In this document: piece after piece, positions 38,579-47,189 of the stretch | How the letters are laid out: each line of letters opens with the position of its first letter | Numbering within the stretch: position 1 is the first letter of the stretch | DNA from: Haplodiscus bocki | Taxonomy: Eukaryota | NCBI GenBank assembly: GCA_965655095.1 | Contig: OZ296657.1 | Coordinates: 32,550,001 to 32,614,000, forward strand | DNA length: 64,000 nt | Direction: 5' to 3' | Translations under genes and position numbers: made by a program | Notes under the pieces: generated by a model | Seen by the model: only the letters and a program-made list of their open reading frames with translations | What the model was told of the DNA's origin: nothing | The model's database searches: none

Positions 38579-39184
38579 AGATCTCATTACGAGCGTGGAA
38601 AGCTCTCAGATTCAGAGAAAATAAAACTCGAGAAGTTATACAAGAAAGGACCGGCAGCGTATGGAACCGTTTCAAATCTGCAAAACCAGTTCCTTGTCTC
38701 GGGTGAAAGTTGAAACCATCCTACTGAATAAAACTTCAGATCCGAAGTACAGACAATACAGAAGACATTTTCCCAGTTTGGTAGTTATTCCTTACAATAT
38801 TAGTGAGTTCTGATCTATTCATTTAGCTTATGAAGACTAATAGCTAAATGCAACATTTGTGTCAAATAGCTTGTCACTGTTGAGTACTCTCACGAAAAGT
38901 CAGAGTTCGGCCAATGTGAACTAACAGTGCTTAGGAAACTGCTAAAATTTTTGGTCGCATGATCACCAAAACTAAACCATTGAAAGTATGGTGTGATGGA
39001 GGAACCGAGTTCAAAGGAGCTTTCAAAAAGTGTGAAAGCAACGGCATCGACACCTTCACCACAAACAGTGAAACGAAATCGGCATTTGCAGAGCGCAATA
39101 TTCGATCTCTCAAAAACATCATCCACAAACATTTGGAGAACAAATGGTCTTATCGCTACATAAACGTATCTCATATCTAACACG

Positions 39185-39766
39185 ATGAGCTCACAAGAAT
39201 TTTTTCTAATTCCTGAAGAAAACTATGCTGAAGAGCACACTGAATCATGGGATGTTTGGTTCGATCCAAAAATCACTGAGAAAGCCAAACAACTGACGTT
39301 GCTACAGAGACAAAAACTAACTGTAGCAAAAGATGAAAACTCAACTGTATCCCAAGTGGCAGAAAATCAGCCGGATGTTGTGGAGAAAAGGGTCTTAAAA
39401 TCATTATCGATGTTGAAGCCCGGACAGCTCCAGAAAACAAAGACAATCTTGAAAATAGTTTACGAAGCCTCGGATGAAATTAACGAAGACGGATTTCTCA
39501 CAGCAGATGATCACGAAAATACGATTGGGGCTAAACATTTCGTTTACACTTTACAGGAAACAAAGAATAGATTGCATGACTCTGATTACAAAGGTATTTT
39601 ACAGAGGATCGATATTTCCCCGAGCTTCGTTGCTAACTCCGACGCAATGAAAATATTCCAACCTACTCGAAGCAAAACGGTAGACTTAAAATCCAAACGC
39701 CAGGGCAAGCTCCAAAGAAACAATCACCGGATGACAAGCAAGTTGCAGAAGATTCTCAAGCAGTAG
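39185..39766 (+). CDS. 193-aa array ORF, copy 4
   Basis: Open, near-identical to copy 1. Confidence 0.5.
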   Translation: MSSQEFFLIPEENYAEEHTESWDVWFDPKITEKAKQLTLLQRQKLTVAKDENSTVSQVAENQPDVVEKRVLKSLSMLKPGQLQKTKTILKIVYEASDEINEDGFLTADDHENTIGAKHFVYTLQETKNRLHDSDYKGILQRIDISPSFVANSDAMKIFQPTRSKTVDLKSKRQGKLQRNNHRMTSKLQKILKQ

Positions 39767-40372
39767 AGATCTCATTACGAGCTTGGAAAGCTCTCAGATT
39801 CAGAGAAAATAAAACTCGAGAAGTTATACAAGAAAGGACCGGCAGCGTATGGAACCGTTTCAAATCTGCAAAACCAGTTCCTTGTCTCGGGTGAAAGTTG
39901 AAACCATCCTACTGAATAAAACTTCAGATCCGAAGTACAGACAATACAGAAGACATTTTCCCAGTTTGGTAGTTATTCCTTACGATATTAGTGAGTTCTG
40001 ATCTATTCATTTAGCTTATGAAAACTAATAGCTAAATGCAACATTTGTGTCAAATAGCTTGTCACTGTTGAGTACTCTCACGAAAAGTCAGAGTTCGGCC
40101 AATGTGAACTAACAGTGCGGAGGAAACTGCTAAAATTTTTGGTCGCCTGATCACCAAAACTAAACCATTGAAAGTATGGTCTGCTGGAGGAACCGAGTTC
40201 AAAGGAGCTTTCAAAAAGTGTGAAAGCAACGGCATCGACACCTTCACCACAAACAGTGAAACGAAATGGGCATTTGATGAGCGCAGTATTCGATCTCTCA
40301 AAAACATCATCCACAAACATTTGGAGAACAAATGGTCTTATCGCTACATAAACGTATCTCATATCTAACACG

Positions 40373-40954
40373 ATGAGCTCACAAGAATTTTTTCTAATTC
40401 CTGAAGAAAACTATGCTGAAGAGCACACTGAATCATGGGATGTTTCGTTCGATCCAAAAATCACTGAGAAAGCCAAACAACTGACGTTGCTACAGAGACA
40501 AAAACTAACTGTAGCAAAAGATGAAAACTCAACTGTATCCCAAGTGGCAGAAAATCAGCCGGATGTTGTGGAGAAAAGGGTCTTAAAATCATTATCGATG
40601 TTGGAGCCCGGACAGCTCCAGAAAACAAAGACAATCTTGGAAATAGTTTACGAAGCCTCGGATGAAATTAGCGAAGACGGATTTCTCACAAATGATGATC
40701 ACGAAAATACGATTGGGGCTACACATTTCGTTTACACTTTACAGGAAACAAAGAATAGACTGCATGACTCTGATTACAAAGGTATTTTACAGAGGATCGA
40801 TATTTCCCCGAGCTTCGTTGCTAACTCCGACGCAATGAAAATATTCCAACCTACTCGAAGCAAAACGGTAGACTTAAAATCCAAACGGCAGGGCAAGCTT
40901 CAAAGAAACAATCACTGGATGACAAGCAAGTTGCAGAAGATTCTCAAGCAGTAG
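40373..40954 (+). CDS. 193-aa array ORF, copy 5
   Basis: Open, near-identical to copy 1. Confidence 0.5.
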   Translation: MSSQEFFLIPEENYAEEHTESWDVSFDPKITEKAKQLTLLQRQKLTVAKDENSTVSQVAENQPDVVEKRVLKSLSMLEPGQLQKTKTILEIVYEASDEISEDGFLTNDDHENTIGATHFVYTLQETKNRLHDSDYKGILQRIDISPSFVANSDAMKIFQPTRSKTVDLKSKRQGKLQRNNHWMTSKLQKILKQ

Positions 40955-41563
40955 AGATCTCATTACGAGCGTGGAAAGCTCTCAGATTCAGAGAAAATAA
41001 AACTCGAGGAGTTATACAAGAAAGGACCGGCAGCGTATGGAACCGTTTCAAATCTGCACAACCAGTTCCTTGTCTCGGGTGAAAGTTGAAACCATCCTAC
41101 TGAATAAAACTTCAGATCCGAAGTACAGACAATACAGAAGACATTTTCCCTGTTTGGTAGTTATTCCTTACGATATTAGTGAGTTCTGATCTATTCATTT
41201 AGCTTATGAAGACAAATAGCTATTTGTGCAACAATTATGTCAAATTCCTTCTTGTCACTGTTGAGTACTCTAACGAAAAGTCAGAGTTCGGCCAATGTGA
41301 ACTAATAGTGCGGAGGAAACTCCTAAACTTTTTGGTCGCATGATCAGCAAAACCAAACCCTTTAAAGTATGGTCTGCTAAAGGTACCGAGTTCAAAGGAG
41401 CTTTCAAAAAGTTGTGTGAAAGCAAAGGCCTTGACACTATCACCACAAACAGTGAAGCGAGATCGGCATTTGCAGAGCACAATGTTCCATCCCTCAAAAA
41501 CCTACAACCATTTGGAGAACAAATGGTCTTATCGTCACATAAACCTATATTTTATCTAGCACA

Positions 41564-42142
41564 ATGAGCTCAAGAATTTCTTCTAATTCTTGCAGAAATC
41601 TATGCTCGAGAGCACACTAAATCATCGGAGGTTTTGTTCGATCCAGGAGTCACTGAGTAAGCCAAACAATTTAAATGCTACAGAGACAAAAACTAACTTT
41701 AGCAAGAGATGAAAACTCAACTGTATCCCAAGTGGCAGAAAATCAGCCGGATGTTGTGGAGAAAAGGGTCTTAAAATCAATATCGATGTTGAAGCCCGGA
41801 CAGCTCCAGAAAACAAAGACAATCTTGAAAATAGTTTACGAAGCCTCGGATGAAATTAACGAAGACGGATTTCTCACAGCAGATGATCACGAAAATACGA
41901 TTGGGGCTACACATTTCGTTTAAACTTTACAGGAAACAAAGAATAGATTGCATGACTCTGATTACAAAGGTATTTTACAGAGGATCGATATTTCCCCGAG
42001 CTTCGTTGCTAACTCCGACGCAATGAAAATATTCAAACCTACTCGAAGCAAAACGGTAGACTTAAAATCGAAACCCCAGGGCAAGCTCCAAAGAAACAAT
42101 CACTGGATGACAAGCAAGTTGCAGAAGATTCTCAAGCAGTAG
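41564..42142 (+). pseudogene. Disrupted array ORF copy (variant-B 5' end, internal stops)
   Basis: Divergent 5' part with indels and TAA; a second stop ends the frame at 41923 (TAC to TAA). Confidence 0.7.
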
Positions 42143-42748
42143 AGATCTCATTACGAGCGTGGAAAGCTCTCAGATTCAGAGAAAATAAAACTCGAGAAGT
42201 TATACAAGAAAGGACCGGCAGCGTATGGAACCGTTTCAAATCTGCAAAACCAGTTCCTTGTCTCGGGTGAAAGTTGAAACCATCCTACTGAATAAAACTT
42301 CAGATCCGAAGTACAGACAATACAGAAGACATTTTCCCACTTTGGTAGTTATTCCTTACAATATTAGTGAGTTCTGATCTATTCATTTAGCTTATGAAGA
42401 CTAATAGCTAAATGCAACATTTGTGTCAAATAGCTTGTCACTGTTGAGTACTCTCACGAAAAGTCAGAGTTCGGCCAATGTGAACTAACAGTGCGGAGGA
42501 AACTGCCAAAATTTTTGGTCGCATGATCACCAAAACTAAACCATTGAAAGTATGGTCTGATGGAGGAACCGAGTTCAAAGGAGCTTTCAAAAAGTGTGAA
42601 AGCAACGGCATCGACACCTTCACCACAAACAGTGAAACGAAATCGGCATTTGCAGAGCGCAATATTCGATCTCTCAAAAACATCATCCACAAACATTTGG
42701 AGAACAAATGGTCTTATCGCTACATAAAGGTATCTCATATCTAACACG

Positions 42749-43330
42749 ATGAGCTCACAAGAATTTTTTCTAATTCCTGAAGAAAACTATGCTGAAGAGC
42801 ACACTGAATCATCGGATGTTTCGTTCGATCCAAAAATCACTGAGAAAGCCAAACAACTGACGTTGCTACAGAGACAAAAACTAACTGTAGCAAAAGATGA
42901 AAACTCAACTGTATCCCAAGTGGCAGAAAATCAGCCGGATGTTGTGGAGAAAAGGGTCTTAAAATCATTATCGATGTTGACGCCCGGACAGCTCCAGAAA
43001 ACAAAGACAATCTTGAAAATAGTTTACGAAGCCTCGGATGAAATTAACGAAGACGAATTTCTCACAGCAGATGATCACGAAAATACGATTGGGGCTACAC
43101 ATTTCGTTTACACTTTACAGGAAACAAAGAATAGATTGCATGACTCTGATTACAAAGGTATTTTACACAGGATCGATATTTCGCCGAGCTTCGTTGCTAA
43201 CTCCGACGCAATGAAAATATTCCAACCTACTCGAAGCAAAACGGTAGACTTAAAATCCAAACGCCAGGGCAAGCTCCAAAGAAACAATCACTGGATGACA
43301 AGCAAGTTGCAGAAGATTCTCAAGCAGTAG
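42749..43330 (+). CDS. 193-aa array ORF, copy 6 (intact)
   Basis: Open; shares diagnostic variants with the copy at 36808. Confidence 0.5.
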   Translation: MSSQEFFLIPEENYAEEHTESSDVSFDPKITEKAKQLTLLQRQKLTVAKDENSTVSQVAENQPDVVEKRVLKSLSMLTPGQLQKTKTILKIVYEASDEINEDEFLTADDHENTIGATHFVYTLQETKNRLHDSDYKGILHRIDISPSFVANSDAMKIFQPTRSKTVDLKSKRQGKLQRNNHWMTSKLQKILKQ

Positions 43331-44127
43331 AGATCTCATTACGAGCGTGGAAAGCTCTCAGATTCAGAGAAAATAAAACTCGAGAAGTTATACAAGAAAG
43401 GACTGGCAGCGTATGGAACCGTTTCAAATCTGCAAAACCAGTTCCTTGTCTCGGGGTGAAAGTTGAAACCATCCTACAGAATAAAACTTCAGATATGAAG
43501 TACAGACAATACAGAAGACATTTTCCCAGTTTGGTAGTTATTCCTTACGATATTAGTGAGTTCTGATCTATTCATTTAGCTTATGAAGACAAATAGCTAA
43601 TTGCAACACTTTTGTCAAATTCCTTCTTGTCACTGTTGAGTACTCTAGCGAAAAGTCAGAATTCGGCCAATGTGAAATAAGATTGCGGAGGAAACTCCTA
43701 AACTTTTTGGTCGCATGATCACCAAAACCAAACCCTTTAAAGTATGGTCTGCTAAAGGTACCGAGTTCAAAGGAGCTTTCAAAAAGTTGTGTGAAAGCAA
43801 AGGCATTGACACTATCACCACAAACAGTGAAGCGAGATCGGCATTTGCAGAGCACAATGTTCCATCCTTCAAAAACCTACAAACATTTGGAGAACAAATA
43901 GTCTTATCGTCACATAAACCTATATCTTATCTAACACAATGAGATCAAGAATTTCTTCTAATTCTTGAAGAAATCTATGCTCGAGAGCACACTAAATCAT
44001 CGGAGGTTTTGTTCGATCCAAGAGTCACTGAGTAAGCCAAACAATTTAAATGCTACAGAGACAAAAACTAACTCTAGCAAGAGATGAAAACTCAACTGTA
44101 TCCCAAGTGGCAGAAAATCAGCCTGAT

Positions 44128-44680
44128 AGCGCCTGCGAAAGAGCGGATGGAAAAATCCCCTGTGAATGATCGCGCGGAACAAGCCCCTGCGAAAGAACGC
44201 ACGGATTTATCCCCTGTGAAGGAGCGCGCGGAAAATGCCCCTGCGAAAGAGCACACGGAAAATTACCCTGCGAACGAGCGCACGGAAAAAGCCCCTGCGA
44301 AATAGCGCACAGAAAACGCCCCGCGAAATAGCGCTTGGAAAAGGCCCCTACAAACGAGCGCAGAGGAAAAGCCTCTACAAAAGGGCGCATGGATAAAGCC
44401 CCTGCGCAAGAGCGCTCGGAGGAGGCCCCTGCGAAAGAGCGCACGTTTAAAGCCCCTGCGAAAGGGCGAACTGAAAAGCTTCTGCGAAAGAGCTCACGGA
44501 AAAAGTCCCTGCGAGCAGCGCACTCTGGAAGCCCCTGCGTAAGAGCGCACGGTGAAAGCCCCTGCGAAGGGGCGAAAGGAAAAAGCCTCTGCGAAAGAGC
44601 GCACGGAAAAAGCTCCTGCGATATAGCGAACGGAAAATTCCCCGCGAAATATTTTAACGGAAACGCCCCTGCAAGATAGT
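44128..44680 (+). repeat. 27-bp GC-rich minisatellite, ~20 units (GCCCCTGCGAAAGAGCGCACGGAAAAA)
   Basis: Direct reading of repeated units; translates as APAKERTEK repeats in one frame. Confidence 0.9.
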
Positions 44681-45218
44681 GTCGAGAAAGATACCGCAAA
44701 GCAGTACCCGGAAAATTGCTCGGAGAGTGCTGATAAAGCCTCTTTGGAATGAAATGTGGAGAAAATGACTTCAAAAACAGTTCCATCCTTACATAACACC
44801 GATCGAGTCAGAGCCGGTATAAGAGCCCCGAGGATAACAATACTAGGTGTTGTGCGGTTCCGGAAACACCATGAAGGTGATCTTCGTGACAATTATCTGT
44901 CGTGTTTGTTGGTTTAAAAATGTTGAGATGGAATGAACAAAGAATGCAGACGATTTTTAATACGAATAGACGATGAAAAACAGGATTGAAAACCCTTCTG
45001 GAGAGTTATGAGCGTTATAGGTGGTTGGGTTTGGCTTTGTTACCAAAAAAACTACCCACCACTGAGTAGCAAACTTAATAATTTCAATTGAATAACTAAG
45101 CAGGAAATAATGTATGGGACATGAATGATTCCCGCCATTGTAGGCAGGCAATGCTGATGGTCATCCACAAAAAGACCAATCAAAACTGCCAAAAATTCGA
45201 TTTGTAAGTTGAAGGTTG

Positions 45219-45778
45219 CTAGGACACTTGTTGAAGAAAACGATTAGATGAACATATCAATTGAGATTGGTACTTACATATGATGTACAGATCCGAAGTA
45301 TCCATTAAATCAGTGCGTAAAATGAACGACATCAAATTCTTTAAGCATACATCACAAGCTAATTTCAGGTGATATCCATCACAATCTCCCTTGGTGCTTA
45401 GAACACAATCTTTGATTCCTGTCAATCGTAGTTTTTTGCAATGTGACCTTCCCTTCCTACTCCCTCCGGTGCAGGGTTGATAATGACCTTCACATGTCCA
45501 AACTTCGCCGTTACCCTGAGGGGGACCGTTCTCAACTTTCCGTAGAGCCAGCTTCCTCGTACCAATCTGAATTTTCTCAGAAAAGCGGCGGTTGTTGACA
45601 CGCTGATTGACAGCTCTTTAATCTTCTTGGTTTTTTGACCCATCCCGAACCAGCCATCTTTGTCACCTATCCCCATGACAGCTTTGTATCTGGTTGATAT
45701 GGTCCCGTCAGGTCGCATATTTTGTAAAGGCATCGTTTTGATGATTTCCTCAGTAAACATTAAACATAACACTTTCAT
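45219..45778 (-). pseudogene. Highly diverged intronless ribosomal protein uS5 (eukaryotic RPS2)-like gene with a single frameshift
   Basis: EEIIKTMPLQ..TRYKAVMGIGDKDGWFGMG..RGSW..GKLRTVPLRVTAKFGHVKVIINPAPEGVG..AK(K)LRLTGIKDC..S.KG parallels RPS2 [74 protein letters not shown]. ORFs 45422-45778 and 45219-45425 join if one A is added to the A6 run at 45432-45437. Confidence 0.85.
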
Positions 45779-45799
45779 TCAGGTGGAATTGTTTGAGAG

Positions 45800-46500
45800 A
45801 GAGAGAAAGACTCAATTCTCTTTCGAGATCCAAATTTGGTTAACAAATACTCTTGATGATATTTCATTGACTGCAAGTACAACAAATAAAAAATGAACAA
45901 GACAACGTAGGATTGAATTCTTTCTGCAGAAGATAGGCTTTGACTGCATGTTTGTTGAAGTTATTGACACCATCGATTATGTTATTTCTGAACAGAAAGT
46001 TTGCCATGGAGACAGCACGACCGAAAAAGAAACGTTTTCATATCGCTTGGGGTTCAAATAGCGGAGTATATTGGTGGTTGAAGCTCGGAGTTGTCGTTCG
46101 GGCACCTGAAACACTAAATAGGGAGTAAAATGAAAAATGTATTCATCATCTAAAAGTTGACAGAGGAAAGAGAAAGTAATGTACTCCAGGTGATAGCAAA
46201 TGGGCAGAAATTTTGATCTTTTGAGGTGCTCTTGGTAAGATTGCTTGCGTCCAAAAATCCAGGAGAAACAGGAACGTTGAAAAGATTCAAGGCGCTTTAG
46301 GGATGTAATGTCAGGATACCAAGCTGGAAAACCATAAAGCAGAATTGATAACACCATACTATGGTACAGCTGCAGCTTTATAATAGAGGGGGTGTTGGGC
46401 AGAGCAAAGAGAGGGTAGTTCGAACCCTGTTTCGTAGTTGCAATCAACTTTTCTCGCCTTGCGGTAAAAGTTTGTTTACATTTTGGCTGAGAAGTTCAGA
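45800..46500 (-). mobile_element. 5'-truncated CR1/L2-like LINE, 3' end of ORF2 and tail
   Basis: KLQLYHSMVLSILLYGFPAWYPDITSLKRLESFQR...WI...SYQEHLKRSKFLPICYHLE is typical of the post-RT region; ends in a Cys-rich tail and a short hairpin/(CT)n near 45800. Confidence 0.8.
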
Positions 46501-46621
46501 GTTTGAAGAGACTTCAAGTGTTTATTCTCTAACCACGTATTTAACATTTGTACCTCATATTATTGGCAATGAGAAAAAGAAAATTTTGAACTTTGTCTTA
46601 CATGGCATCCCAATTCGGTTT

Positions 46622-46830
46622 GCTGTATGACTTTCGATAGCTGTATGACTTTCGGTGGCAGTATGATTTTCTCTAGCTGTATGACTTCCTGTAGCTGTAT
46701 GACTCGGGTAGCTGTATAACTTTCGGCTAGCTGTTTGACTCTGGTACAGCTGTATGATTATTGTGTAGGTAGTATGCTCTCACCACTGAGGAATCCTGGC
46801 GGTTTTGAAGGTCAGGTTAGGTTAGGTTAG
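46622..46830 (+). repeat. ~18-bp tandem repeat (GCTGTATGACTTTCGGTA, ~8 units) followed by (GGTTA)3
   Basis: Units read directly at 46622-46758; GGTTAGGTTAGGTTAG at ~46815-46830. Confidence 0.75.
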
Positions 46831-47189
46831 GAATGCACGCTTCTTCTTCACCTAGGTCGCTAAGTGAACAAACTTGAAATACCAGTAGTCTAGCCTTGGC
46901 TACATGTAACTTTTGTTTACAAGCTAAGATTCAACCGCGAATTAACTGTTTTGCTTTAGGAATTCAACCGCGAAAAGATTGACATAATCTTAGGAATGGG
47001 GTGCGAAAAAACATGTGAATCCCTATACTGCTTTTAATCCAGCGCTGACGAATTTTTCTGTCACTCGAACATTGCTGACAAGAATCATGCTTAAGCTACA
47101 TGTGTCAAAAACCAGGGGAACAAAAAGCTACCTACCAATGCTGTACCAACAACTGGTGGATAACTTGAGCTTGGTTTTGAATATAAAAA

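Larger units (their letters stand above)
34541..44123 (+). repeat. Tandem array of 8 x ~1188-bp units derived from a Maverick/Polinton (adintovirus-like) element
   Basis: Near-identical units with ORF starts at 35620, 36808, 37997, 39185, 40373, (41564), 42749 and (43939); each unit is a 193-aa ORF plus an integrase remnant. Confidence 0.97.

Noticed and set aside
34541-44123. Intact Maverick or active integrase genes
   Set aside because: All eight integrase copies have stops and frameshifts, a mutated first catalytic Asp and no C-terminus; no pPolB, ATPase, protease, capsid or TIR was recognised.
44128-44680. CRISPR-like array
   Set aside because: Units are contiguous 27-mers without unique spacers, the context is eukaryotic, and no cas genes are present.
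46815-46830. Telomeric repeat (TTAGG)n
   Set aside because: Only three units, interstitial and attached to a minisatellite.
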